DNA from: a virus
DNA length: 64,000 nt
Direction: 5' to 3' (one strand)
Virus record (IMG/VR): IMGVR_UViG_3300008108_000036
The notes beneath the pieces were generated by a model, which did no database searches, was not told where the DNA came from, and saw only the letters and a list, made by a program, of their open reading frames with translations. Shown here piece after piece: positions 48,798 through 58,300 of this stretch; within the stretch, counting starts at the first letter, position 1; every line of letters begins with the position of its first letter. The position numbers and the translations under genes are program-made.

Positions 48798-49988
48798 TTA
48801 TGTGAGTGGTTGCAATAATTCATTTGTTAACGTTTGCATTTTTGGTGCAATATGATGAAAAAATTTTTTGTAACCAGAGCATAAATAATTTAAACCGTAC
48901 TCTCCGCCAGGTGCTCTTAAAAAACGATGCTTGGGACATTCACCATGACAGGCAAATCTAACATCACAGCGTTTACAATAATTTGGTAAGGTGTCCCGCT
49001 TGTCGTTTCCAAATTTTTTTTGCCGTTCTGAGCTAATCATATCTCCTAAAGATGATGATGTTATACTTCCTAATTTATATGACGGGTAAACATAATGATC
49101 GCACGAATAAACTGTGCCATCATGCTCTAAAGCAATTGCTTTACCGCACGTTTCACTAAATACACACAAACTATTCGGCTGCAGTCCAGACCAATTACCT
49201 AAAGTTACATCAAAAATTTGAACAAACACTTTACCTTTGTCTTTTTTATACCATTCATCGAAAACCGTTATTAAAAATTCTCCATACTGAGTAGGTTTAA
49301 CGCTCCACTCGGTAACGGGCAAATTTTTCTCGTCGTTTATTGTTGGTGGAAAAGCTAGATCAAAACTTAATTGATTAGTTTTAACATCAGGTAGCCGTTC
49401 AACTAAAGGAATGAATTGTATAAAGTTTGAGCCAATTTTTTTTAAAAAATTATAAACTTCTAGTGGTTTTTTTGAATTAATATTATTAACAACAGTTATA
49501 GTGTTAAATTCAATTTCATGCTTTTGCAATACACGTAGTCCTTTTATTACTTTTTCGTATGTTGGAAGTCCTTTTTTATCTACTCTGTATGCATCGTGTA
49601 GTTTCGGAGGACCATCTATACTGAGACCGACTAAAAAATTATGTTGCTTTAAAAAATTTCCCCAGTCATCGTTTAATAGAGTACCGTTAGTTTGAATGCT
49701 GTTTGAAACAATTTTCCCTTTGGCGTATTGTTGTTGCATTTCAATAATTTTTTCAAAGTATTTAATTCCCAGCATTGTAGGCTCTCCACCTTGCCAGGTA
49801 AAAATAACTTCTTTAGTTGGCTGAGAATCTATATACTGTTTTATATATTCTTCTAAAAGTTCTTCTTTCATTTTAAACGTTTCGTTTTTCGGAAACATTT
49901 TTTCTTTTTCTAGATAAAAGCAATATTTACATCCTATATTACACAAAGGGCCTATAGGCTTAGCCATTACATGGAATAGTTCTTTCAT
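48798..49988 (-). CDS. anaerobic sulfatase-maturating radical SAM enzyme (anSME/AslB/ChuR)
   Basis: CNIGCKYC, WQGGEP, SIDGP, SPASM cysteines (YSCDHYV, CHGECPKHR). Confidence 0.95.
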   Translation of the reverse strand: MKELFHVMAKPIGPLCNIGCKYCFYLEKEKMFPKNETFKMKEELLEEYIKQYIDSQPTKEVIFTWQGGEPTMLGIKYFEKIIEMQQQYAKGKIVSNSIQTNGTLLNDDWGNFLKQHNFLVGLSIDGPPKLHDAYRVDKKGLPTYEKVIKGLRVLQKHEIEFNTITVVNNINSKKPLEVYNFLKKIGSNFIQFIPLVERLPDVKTNQLSFDLAFPPTINDEKNLPVTEWSVKPTQYGEFLITVFDEWYKKDKGKVFVQIFDVTLGNWSGLQPNSLCVFSETCGKAIALEHDGTVYSCDHYVYPSYKLGSITSSSLGDMISSERQKKFGNDKRDTLPNYCKRCDVRFACHGECPKHRFLRAPGGEYGLNYLCSGYKKFFHHIAPKMQTLTNELLQPLT

Positions 49989-50168
49989 ATAAAAATGTTA
50001 TTTCAAAACAAACAACATTCAACTATATTTTTCACAAAATTTAAACAATAACTCACTCGAGTCAAAAATATTTCTAACGAATGAGATAGTCCATAGATTA
50101 AAATAGTAAACACAGAACAAGTTGATTGCTTAAACCACCTGCTAAAACAACGCTAATTGTAGGACTTT

Positions 50169-50726
50169 TCATAAATTAACAGTATATTTTTCGCAAAGCT
50201 GAAACGGCAATCCACATAAGTCTTTTGATGAAACAATTGGTGCTTCATGTAAAGGCCATTTGATATTTAATGTATTATCATTCCACAATAATGTTCTATC
50301 AAATAATGGTTGATGATACGTTTTAGTAACTTTGTAATAAACATCTACAACATCACTTAAAACCAAAAACCCATGTGCACATCCGGGAGGGACCCATAAC
50401 CGAAGATGGTTTTCTGACGTCAATGTAAACCCAGCCCATTTACCGAACGTTTTCGAATTTTCTCGTAAATCAACTATGACATCATACACGGAACCTGACA
50501 TAACCCAGACTAGTTTTCCTTGTGCAGCATCACCAATTTGAAAGTGCAAACCTCTCAAAACATTTTTTGTTGATTGGCTGTGGTTATCTTGAATAAATTT
50601 TAACTCTAAGCCTAGACTTTTAAACGTATTTTCATTCCATGCTTCTAAAAAAAAACCTCTATTGTCTTTATGCACTTTCGGCTTTAATAAAAAAGCATCT
50701 TGTATATCAGTGTTTATTTTTTCCAT
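50169..50726 (-). CDS. rmlC: dTDP-4-dehydrorhamnose 3,5-epimerase
   Basis: DNRGFF, QDNHS, LRGLHFQ, VPPGCAHGF. Confidence 0.95.
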   Translation of the reverse strand: MEKINTDIQDAFLLKPKVHKDNRGFFLEAWNENTFKSLGLELKFIQDNHSQSTKNVLRGLHFQIGDAAQGKLVWVMSGSVYDVIVDLRENSKTFGKWAGFTLTSENHLRLWVPPGCAHGFLVLSDVVDVYYKVTKTYHQPLFDRTLLWNDNTLNIKWPLHEAPIVSSKDLCGLPFQLCEKYTVNL

Positions 50727-50727
50727 A

Positions 50728-51609
50728 TTAACATTTTAGTAATACCGTTTCTAAATATTTTTTATAATTCGAATTACCAAGATTGTTTGTGCAATTTTTA
50801 AACTGTTCTTTAGTAAGAAAATTTTGATTAAGACCAATTTCTTCCAAACAACCTAAATATAACCCCTGTCTCTGTTGAATCGTTCTAACAAATTCTGCAG
50901 CTTGAAGTAAAGAATCGTGAGTTCCGGTATCAAGCCAAGCTGTTCCTCTACTTAACTTTTTAACTCGTAGTTTATTGTCATGCAAATAACTTTGATTTAA
51001 GCTAGTTATTTCGAGCTCTCCTCTTAAGGAGGGACCGATAGCTTTAGCTCGATTCACTACTTCGTTAGTATAAAAATACAAACCAGGAACAGCAAAGTTG
51101 CTTTTTGGTTTCGCTGGTTTTTCTTCTAAAGAAACAGCTACTCCTTCATTGTTAAATTCAACAACACCATAAGAACTTGGTTCAGCAACTTCATATGCAA
51201 ATATCGTAGAATTCTCTAAATCTTCATTCGCCTCTTGTAGTGTTTTAGTGAAATCACAACTATAAAATAAATTATCTCCTAAAACTAAAGCTGAAGGAGA
51301 ATTTCCCAAAAAATCTTCAGCAATTAAAAATGAGTGTGCCAATCCTAAAGGAACAGGTTGTTCAGCGTAAGAAAAGTTAACTCCGAACTGGTGTCCTTTT
51401 CCTAAAAGTTTTTTAAAATCCGGTAAATCCCATGGAGTAGAAATTATCAGTATGTCTCTAATTCCAGCCAACATCAACGTTGAAATTGGATAATAAATCA
51501 TTGGCTTGTCATAAATTGGCATCAATTGCTTACTAACAGCTAATGTAAGAGGGTGAAGTCTCGTTCCTGATCCACCAGCTAGAACAATTCCTTTTCTGAT
51601 TTGTGACAT
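50728..51609 (-). CDS. rmlA: glucose-1-phosphate thymidylyltransferase
   Basis: LAGGSGTRL, SKQLMPIYDKPMIYY, RGELEIT, WLDTGT. Confidence 0.95.
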   Translation of the reverse strand: MSQIRKGIVLAGGSGTRLHPLTLAVSKQLMPIYDKPMIYYPISTLMLAGIRDILIISTPWDLPDFKKLLGKGHQFGVNFSYAEQPVPLGLAHSFLIAEDFLGNSPSALVLGDNLFYSCDFTKTLQEANEDLENSTIFAYEVAEPSSYGVVEFNNEGVAVSLEEKPAKPKSNFAVPGLYFYTNEVVNRAKAIGPSLRGELEITSLNQSYLHDNKLRVKKLSRGTAWLDTGTHDSLLQAAEFVRTIQQRQGLYLGCLEEIGLNQNFLTKEQFKNCTNNLGNSNYKKYLETVLLKC

Positions 51610-51684
51610 TTAAAGTAATTATAGCTTGAATTTATATTAATAAAGAAAATATTTTCGTTCGTTATTTTTTTCGCTAAAGCATTT

Positions 51685-51972
51685 TTAATTAAGACCCAGC
51701 ATCCAGCCTTTATCAGTCAAAGTATATGCATCTTCGTTTATTGTTTCTATTAAACCGTGTTCGTGTCCAAACGATAGTGCTAACTGAATCATCAGTACTC
51801 CATAATTAATATCTTCTTGATAGTTCAGCTTTGCTGCAAGGTCGTTTATTGTTATCGAAATTAAACTACAATCTACAAAGATTTTGCAAATACGTTTGAT
51901 ATCTTCTGCATAAGAATTATTTTTATATTTTAATTCTTCAAAAATAGAAAGAGATGTAATTTCTTGAACCAT
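51685..51972 (-). CDS. hypothetical protein (winged-helix-like)
   Basis: GLIE...YTLTDKG wing pattern. Confidence 0.5.
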   Translation of the reverse strand: MVQEITSLSIFEELKYKNNSYAEDIKRICKIFVDCSLISITINDLAAKLNYQEDINYGVLMIQLALSFGHEHGLIETINEDAYTLTDKGWMLGLN

Positions 51973-52043
51973 GAATTAACTATAATTTGCTATAGTGGAC
52001 AATGCAACGAGAATTTGAAGCTTATGAGATAAGTAATTCTGAT

Positions 52044-52283
52044 ATGAAAAAAGAAAAAACTACAACTAAACCATCAACAGTTAAGAGAGGACGTCCTTCA
52101 AAAAAGAAGTCTCTACCCTCTTCTACATCAGTTGAAGTTAAAGCTGCAGTTGAACCACAACAGACATGCGGTGATAATTGCTGTGAAGGCAAAACGGCAT
52201 ACGAAAAAGCTAGTTGCTGCACGATAATGCTTGTTAAATCAGCAGTCAATTCGTTGATCGGTAAATTCAAGAAATTATTTTAA
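52044..52283 (+). CDS. small basic protein with AT-hook-like KRGRP
   Basis: Likely start MKKEKTTT; KRGRPSKK. Confidence 0.5.
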   Translation: MKKEKTTTKPSTVKRGRPSKKKSLPSSTSVEVKAAVEPQQTCGDNCCEGKTAYEKASCCTIMLVKSAVNSLIGKFKKLF

Positions 52284-52392
52284 ATTTTTTGAATTTACTA
52301 ACAACGTTGTTTTGAATCTTAATTTAGAAGAAGCTTTGCTTATTGCATTGCTGTCCTTTCTGCTGTTTCTTTTAGGGGAAACCTTAAGGCTT

Positions 52393-53199
52393 TTATAATA
52401 CAATACGCGAATCAATAATTCTTCTGGTAATTTCTTCTTTAATAATTTCCCCAGAAGATTCGTGCTGAATCCGATTTTGTATAAATTGATTTTTAGTTTT
52501 TTCTATTTCCTCTTTAGTCTGGTTTGAATAGGAATGAACATCGGATGATATTTGGTTTTTTGCTTTTAAAAACTGAGCTTTTAAATCATCGGTTGCGTTT
52601 TTAAATTCTTGAAGTTCTTTTGCTTTGGTTGCTGGGCTTTTTGATTTATGTGCAATTGTTGGACTCTGTAGAGTTTTTGGGCCACTCTGAAGATCAAATT
52701 CCACTCCTTTTAATGCATCAAAAAATCTATTAGCTGACCGAAGAACACGTTGCGGCGAAGTTTTAGATACTGTAATTTCCTTGCTTGAGTTTGTGCTAGA
52801 CGATTTCTTATCAGTATTTATACCAGATGAACTATTACTTAAAGAGTTTGTCGACGGAGGTTGTTCTAAAGAGTTTGTTGGAATTGAGTTAAAAGTTAAA
52901 TCTTTAGCTAAGTTGAGTGCTGTTCCTAAAAAAGAAGGTGTTTGCGGTTGAACTGTTGCGGGAATCTTAATAGGAGATTGTGCAACAACTGAAAGAGGAC
53001 CGGGCTTAGGAAACAAAGAAGAGGAATTTTTTTGCATTAATTGCTCTCTGTATATTTGCTTAGCTAATGCATATTCTTTTTGTTTTTCTTTTCTATATGC
53101 AGAAAACGCAGAAATTCCACAAAACCCAAGAATATGCAAACAAATTGTTATAAAGAATGCTTGTTTAAACGTTATTGGCTTTGGTTTAGTCTGAAGCAT
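52393..53199 (-). CDS. membrane-anchored low-complexity protein
   Basis: N-terminal TM helix with His (ICLHILG); S/T/P-rich. Confidence 0.6.
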   Translation of the reverse strand: MLQTKPKPITFKQAFFITICLHILGFCGISAFSAYRKEKQKEYALAKQIYREQLMQKNSSSLFPKPGPLSVVAQSPIKIPATVQPQTPSFLGTALNLAKDLTFNSIPTNSLEQPPSTNSLSNSSSGINTDKKSSSTNSSKEITVSKTSPQRVLRSANRFFDALKGVEFDLQSGPKTLQSPTIAHKSKSPATKAKELQEFKNATDDLKAQFLKAKNQISSDVHSYSNQTKEEIEKTKNQFIQNRIQHESSGEIIKEEITRRIIDSRIVL

Positions 53200-53201
53200 T
53201 T

Positions 53202-53771
53202 TTAGAAAAATTTGAGTTTTTGTCCAACTTTAAGTTGATTAGGATTTTTAATTTGATTTAAATCCATCAATCTTTGCGATACTAGCTTGTAGCGTTTTGA
53301 AATTCCATATATTGTATCTCCTGGCTTTACTGTATATTCTCTTATTAGATTATTAGTTGAAACAGACTCTGTTTTATTACTATAGTCATTTTGAATAGGA
53401 TGTTTTGTGGAAGGTGCATTTGATACTTTTGGTGCATTTGTTGTTTGCACTGGTTTAATGTCTTTCATAACATTAGTTACTGCCGGCTTAGTGGAAGAGG
53501 AGTCATTCGTAGTTGTTTTATTTTCTGTCGTCGAGCATAAAGTAGAATTGTTAGTTTGTGCTGGATTCGAACTGTTTTCTTTGGAGTTTAAAATAGGAGT
53601 AATTCCAAACACCGCTGCCGCTCCAATGAGATGAGCGATTAAAACAACTCCAAGAATTACATTAAAATTGGAAATAGTTTTGTCTGTTGTTTTCTTTTTC
53701 ATAAGTTTTGTTCGAAACATATTGTCTTCTTCTGGCGTTACATCTATGTGGTATTGTTGTTCGGTTTTCAT
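53202..53771 (-). CDS. membrane-anchored LysM-domain protein
   Basis: TM helix; [29 protein letters not shown]. Confidence 0.9.
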   Translation of the reverse strand: MKTEQQYHIDVTPEEDNMFRTKLMKKKTTDKTISNFNVILGVVLIAHLIGAAAVFGITPILNSKENSSNPAQTNNSTLCSTTENKTTTNDSSSTKPAVTNVMKDIKPVQTTNAPKVSNAPSTKHPIQNDYSNKTESVSTNNLIREYTVKPGDTIYGISKRYKLVSQRLMDLNQIKNPNQLKVGQKLKFF

Positions 53772-54034
53772 AATTTTGTATTTTGCTTTTTTCTGGAGGA
53801 CATTTCAACTATTTTTTTATTTTTAATAAAATTACTATCAAGAGCATCAGAATACGGACCGAAATTAAATGTTTCTTTCTTTTTTGTAGCAAAAGAACTT
53901 AAATATGAATTAATAAATCGATCGTTTTTTATATAGAAAACAAACAACCAAAAATTACAAATTATAATTACATATCCAATTAAAACGCACGTTAACTTTA
54001 CACACATAGGTATTTGTGGTTCGTGTCTTTTCAC
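53768..54034 (-). CDS. small membrane protein
   Basis: One TM helix; coupled to the LysM gene. Confidence 0.5.
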   Translation of the reverse strand: MKRHEPQIPMCVKLTCVLIGYVIIICNFWLFVFYIKNDRFINSYLSSFATKKKETFNFGPYSDALDSNFIKNKKIVEMSSRKKQNTKL

Positions 54035-54051
54035 TTATAAAACGAAAGTTG

Positions 54052-55056
54052 TTAATTATCTTTATAATTTCTGCTAAGGATTTTAAAGCCTAAAGGCCTT
54101 CTAGAAGAAAATGATTTCGGATATGCAGTAGGCCGTACTACAATACCTTCAGCAACTTCTCCAGATGAATATTTTTGCTGATCAGCTAATTCTCCAAGTT
54201 TTTCTAAAGCGATTTGTAAGTCGCATCCTACAAAAGAGCATTCTGCTACAAAAGGTGCTACATTACACTTTAGCTCGATATTGCAAAATCCTTTCATTTC
54301 TTGGTAGTTCATATATTCTCCAGAGCTTTTTTTTATTTGAAAAACAAAAACTTCATGATCTTCTAATTTAAGTGTATTTTTTTGAATTCCTGGACCTACA
54401 AGCTCTCCTTGAATTACTCCGGTAAATCCCTCCAAATAATTTAGCTTTTGAGCAGCTTTCCAAAAAATACTGTCTTCGGTATTTTTTTTAGATAAATTTC
54501 GAGAACACACTTCTGAAATTTGTCCGTTTTCTACTATTATAGTAATAGAACTACCATCAAGCTTTTGTGTAATTGTAACTGAAGAATGTTTAATTACTTC
54601 TTCTACTAAATCTAAATTCGACAGTCCGTTGTCTTCGTCTGTTTTTGTTGCTAGATGAGTCGGAAAATCCCCAACGTTTTCTCCTGACAGATTAGCAGGA
54701 ATTTCTTTTATGTACTTTTTAATTCCTAGGTATTCTGTTACATCTGCTCCGATTTCAAGTAATTGTAAGTCTGGAAACAGCGACAGCGGAAGAACTACTC
54801 CAGCTGAGTGTTCTCCTCTAAGCTTAATCATCTTTAATCTAATTTGTTTTTCGGGATTTTTTCTATCAATCAGAAATTCGGACCACGCTGTTTTTGGAAG
54901 GATTGTGTCGATCATAATAAAAACAATTTTATCTCCTTCTTTGTGTAAATTAGCTTGTACGACAGATTGCCACCCCATTACCTGAGCCAATTCTAGTTTA
55001 TCAGCATTTGGATGCTTCTTTAAGCTTTTAATGGTTTCTATTGATGCTAATTTCAT
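54052..55056 (-). CDS. RNA ligase, DRB0094/Rnl2-like with N-terminal OB domain
   Basis: HPNADKLE, KLRG..S.G, KTDE, QKLDGSS, QGELVGPGIQ, EGIVVR, FKILS. Confidence 0.9.
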   Translation of the reverse strand: MKLASIETIKSLKKHPNADKLELAQVMGWQSVVQANLHKEGDKIVFIMIDTILPKTAWSEFLIDRKNPEKQIRLKMIKLRGEHSAGVVLPLSLFPDLQLLEIGADVTEYLGIKKYIKEIPANLSGENVGDFPTHLATKTDEDNGLSNLDLVEEVIKHSSVTITQKLDGSSITIIVENGQISEVCSRNLSKKNTEDSIFWKAAQKLNYLEGFTGVIQGELVGPGIQKNTLKLEDHEVFVFQIKKSSGEYMNYQEMKGFCNIELKCNVAPFVAECSFVGCDLQIALEKLGELADQQKYSSGEVAEGIVVRPTAYPKSFSSRRPLGFKILSRNYKDN

Positions 55057-55064
55057 ATAACATC

Positions 55065-55093
55065 AAACTACGATTAAATTTCGTATATGTCAA
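55065..55093 (-). promoter_or_regulatory. sigma70-type promoter
   Basis: TTGACA-17 nt-TAGTTT, 8 nt before ATG. Confidence 0.6.
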
Positions 55094-55103
55094 CAGCAAA
55101 AAA

Positions 55104-55409
55104 TCATTTGCCGTCGTTAAACAAACGTGTGTACAGAGTTAATTCTTCTTTAACCTTATCTTCTGATGAAATTAAAGTTAGAACACTCCCATTTATCGTT
55201 GGATGTTTGTTGTCCTTTTCGTTGAAAGTCAGCAATACCAATACTTCTTCTCCCTCGACTACTTCCGTCCACGATAGACAAAAAAATTCGTTAGAGTCTT
55301 CTCCTACTAAATCATAAATCTGAGGTTCTAAAAATTGCCCTTCTAACTCAACTACAGGACATTGAAGTAATAATTCATGAGCAACTCTTAGGCTTATGGG
55401 TTTTGCCAT
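55104..55409 (-). CDS. hypothetical protein
   Basis: ORF. Confidence 0.55.
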   Translation of the reverse strand: MAKPISLRVAHELLLQCPVVELEGQFLEPQIYDLVGEDSNEFFCLSWTEVVEGEEVLVLLTFNEKDNKHPTINGSVLTLISSEDKVKEELTLYTRLFNDGK

Positions 55410-55488
55410 AAAGTTACTTAACGTAAAATTGTTTTTTTTTAACTAACTTTATCTTATCTTAAATAAATCGCTCAAAGCATGTGGTTCT

Positions 55489-55695
55489 TTACACTGCTTC
55501 GTAGCCTTCTAAGTCTTCGTCTGGATCCTGAGCTCTTGCCTCTAAATCGTACGCAATTTCTTGAAGTTCTGATACCGCCGTTTCTAGTTCGTCTAATAAA
55601 TCATAATCAATTACTGCAGATTGATGAGTTTTAACGTATTTGGACAGTGAATTAATTGAATCGATTGTTTCTTGTACTGAAGTTTCTATTGTCAT
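55489..55695 (-). CDS. small acidic protein
   Basis: D/E-rich. Confidence 0.55.
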   Translation of the reverse strand: MTIETSVQETIDSINSLSKYVKTHQSAVIDYDLLDELETAVSELQEIAYDLEARAQDPDEDLEGYEAV

Positions 55696-55698
55696 AAA

Positions 55699-56283
55699 TT
55701 ATTTTTTTTTAGTTTTAGGAATTTCATTTGAAACGAATTTAATTCCATCAAATGAAATATGTTTTGGTAAATTTTTCAAATCATTTTCACAGATTTTGTA
55801 ATATTTGCAACCATCGCAATGTCTTCCGTTATGTAAGAAAATGTCAGGCCTTAAACACATACTTTGAGAGTCTTTTGATAATTCACTTTCTGTCATCGGT
55901 CTAGAAGGATTGTTAATATTAATGAGAGGTATATCGTACCTACCATTTTCTTTCGTTAAAGCGTTTGAATCTTCTCTATCTTTTTTCTTTCGTTTTTTAT
56001 AAATTAGAGTTGTTTTCTGCTTTTTTGTTGCTTGTCTACACACATAACTTCTGAGTAATTTTTCAGCAGAACCAAACTCATTTACTTTTTTTCTTAACCA
56101 TGGTCCTACTGCTGTGGTGAGTTTTCCAGTAACATTACAAGGAATTTTTGATCCAGGAAAACTTTTGTGTTTATTATAATGTTTAACAAAAACCACAATT
56201 TGATCTTCTGTTAATTTTAATCCAGGAACGAGTTTAAAAGGTTTTCTTTTAGATGCCTTTTTATTAACTGCTACGCTAATCAT
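55699..56283 (-). CDS. basic cysteine-containing hypothetical protein
   Basis: CNVTG, YVCR, CLRPD..CDGCKYYKIC. Confidence 0.7.
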   Translation of the reverse strand: MISVAVNKKASKRKPFKLVPGLKLTEDQIVVFVKHYNKHKSFPGSKIPCNVTGKLTTAVGPWLRKKVNEFGSAEKLLRSYVCRQATKKQKTTLIYKKRKKKDREDSNALTKENGRYDIPLININNPSRPMTESELSKDSQSMCLRPDIFLHNGRHCDGCKYYKICENDLKNLPKHISFDGIKFVSNEIPKTKKK

Positions 56284-56327
56284 TGAGGTAATTTATTAAA
56301 TTTTTAATTTTTGGCAACACGCCTTTA

Positions 56328-56564
56328 TTAATCTTTTGATGGAGATGATAAATCTGCCCTAAGCATGATCAGAAGTACCGCAGCACAAGACCAATGAAAA
56401 AAGTCGTAAGGAATAGTTAAATTAAATAATCCATTAATTGCCCAAATAATTGCTAATGGACAAGCAGCTAGCAACATTATAGCTCCAATAACAGCAATAA
56501 TGCTGACGCTAATAGCTGTAAAACTATTTTTTTGTTTTGATGATTCGTCTTCTTCGTCTTTCAT
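56328..56564 (-). CDS. membrane protein (2 TM)
   Basis: Hydrophobic; IWAINGLF. Confidence 0.65.
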   Translation of the reverse strand: MKDEEDESSKQKNSFTAISVSIIAVIGAIMLLAACPLAIIWAINGLFNLTIPYDFFHWSCAAVLLIMLRADLSSPSKD

Positions 56565-56565
56565 G

Positions 56566-56817
56566 CTATTCGTTTTCTTTTTTGATAGAATGATTATGCA
56601 TTTGAGCTTTTATCGGAGTGAAATAGTGTTTGTTATTTTCATAAAATTCTGCAGACATTGTTTGTAACACTCCTCCAGTTTTTCCGTCAAATACCATAAT
56701 ACCTTTTCTAGGTTTAATAAAATTATATTTGTGTGCGCAAGCAGCACAACATAAAGTATTTGGCAGAATTTGTAGTCTTTCGAGTTCAATATTATCATTA
56801 CATGTTTTACATTTCAT
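56566..56817 (-). CDS. DksA/TraR-type C4 zinc-finger protein
   Basis: CKTCNDNIELERLQILPNTLCCAACA. Confidence 0.75.
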   Translation of the reverse strand: MKCKTCNDNIELERLQILPNTLCCAACAHKYNFIKPRKGIMVFDGKTGGVLQTMSAEFYENNKHYFTPIKAQMHNHSIKKENE

Positions 56818-57167
56818 AAATTTATGCGTACCAAAGATGTTTAGAAGTGGACAGTTCTGTTTGCGAAGTGTTAGTGTTTAACGTATCTGGTGATGTATTT
56901 TCTGTTTCTTTTTTTTCTTTTTGTTTCTTGTTGCGATTCCAATGTTTTTGAAAACTATGAGAAAAATTAGAATAAATCGGAGTAGTCGGTTCAATTTTCA
57001 TACAAATTAATAATTTTATTGTTATCTTGACGATGTTCTTTCCACATGTTTTTAGCTCTTTTAATAACTGCTAGTATTGTTTCTGCAATACTTAAGTTAC
57101 TATATGAAAGAAGAGAGCATAGTTTTTCTAAAGTTTGTTCTATATTGTCGTCTATTGTTTTCATCTG

Positions 57168-57359
57168 TTAATATCTTTTTTCAAAGAGAATAAAGTCTTT
57201 TATAAATTCATCAATATCCGATTTAAGAAAATTTAAAATTTCAGTTTTGCTGTAAATAAAATCCACATCTTCCGACAACGGAGAAGTTAAAGCTTTTTGA
57301 ACAATCGATACAATAGCATTACGCATTTTTTCTGAATCTGTTGTAACTTTACTATCCAT
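57168..57359 (-). CDS. hypothetical protein
   Basis: ORF downstream of a TTGACA site. Confidence 0.5.
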   Translation of the reverse strand: MDSKVTTDSEKMRNAIVSIVQKALTSPLSEDVDFIYSKTEILNFLKSDIDEFIKDFILFEKRY

Positions 57360-57419
57360 TTAGTACAATCTCTTATATATTTTAAAATATGTCAACAATA
57401 ACTTAAATAAAATAGAGGT

Positions 57420-57767
57420 ATGGTATTAAAAAACTTAAAAGATGTCGTTCAAGGAAAGGCAGATTTTGGAAAAACAAGATCTAAACAATGGCCTTCTGTC
57501 AGAAAACAACATTTAAAAACTAATCCAACTTGCGCTGTTTGTGGAGGAAAGACGAAATTGGAAGTTCACCATAAAGTTCCATTTCACGAAAATCCTAATT
57601 TAGAATTAGAACCAAGCAATTTGATTACACTTTGTGAGTCCAAAAGTTTTGGGGTAGTTTGCCATCTTTTTGTTGGTCATTCTGGAAACTACAAAAAAAT
57701 TAATAAAGATGTTGATAAGGACGCTGTTTATTGGAAACAAAAACTTTCAGAAACAATTAATAAATAA
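57420..57767 (+). CDS. HNH endonuclease
   Basis: CAVCG..EVHH..NLITLC..CH. Confidence 0.85.
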   Translation: MVLKNLKDVVQGKADFGKTRSKQWPSVRKQHLKTNPTCAVCGGKTKLEVHHKVPFHENPNLELEPSNLITLCESKSFGVVCHLFVGHSGNYKKINKDVDKDAVYWKQKLSETINK

Positions 57768-58094
57768 TCACTCAAACCATTCTAAAATATCTTTATATGC
57801 TTCTTCAAATTTTGTTAGAGATTGACTAGGAACAAAAGATTCTTTTACGCTTTTTTTGTTTTTCTTTTCTTTACTTTTAAAATGAGCTTTTTTGATAGCC
57901 AAATCCTTAGCTTTTAAATAATCCTCTGAGTTAACTTTGCCATCACCTGTTAAATCTTTTGATTTATTAGCTTTGTGCTCTGAACATTCAATACATTCTC
58001 CACATTCACATCCATCTACAGCATATTTGCAATGTTCTGCCTTTTCTGTCATAGCAGTATAAGCTTCAATTAAAAGTTTTTCGTCTTTATGCAT
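57768..58094 (-). CDS. putative virion head or core protein with EF-hand-like DxxGDGKVN motif
   Basis: Start MHKDEKLLIEAY 7 nt after TAAATA; DLTGDGKVNSEDYL; Cys cluster. Confidence 0.5.
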   Translation of the reverse strand: MHKDEKLLIEAYTAMTEKAEHCKYAVDGCECGECIECSEHKANKSKDLTGDGKVNSEDYLKAKDLAIKKAHFKSKEKKNKKSVKESFVPSQSLTKFEEAYKDILEWFE

Positions 58095-58135
58095 AATAAA
58101 GTATTTAATCAAACCTTTGTAATTTTATACGAGGG

Positions 58136-58207
58136 AGCCGGGTATCGGGGTCGAACCGATGACCTACGGTTTACAAAACCGTCGCACTACCACTGTGCTA
58201 ACCCGGC
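58136..58207 (-). tRNA. tRNA-Thr(UGU)
   Basis: Cloverleaf; ACGGT-TTTGTAA-ACCGT. Confidence 0.9.
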
Positions 58208-58213
58208 TTAAAA

Positions 58214-58289
58214 TGGTAGCGACGTTGGGACTCGAACCCAATTTGTGTGCTTATGAGACACACCAGACCACCTGGCCTAGCCCATCGCG
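58214..58289 (-). tRNA. atypical tRNA-Met(CAU)
   Basis: CTCATAA loop, TTCGAGT, CCA; C1:U72 mismatch, G8. Confidence 0.75.
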
Positions 58290-58300
58290 ATTAAAATTAT

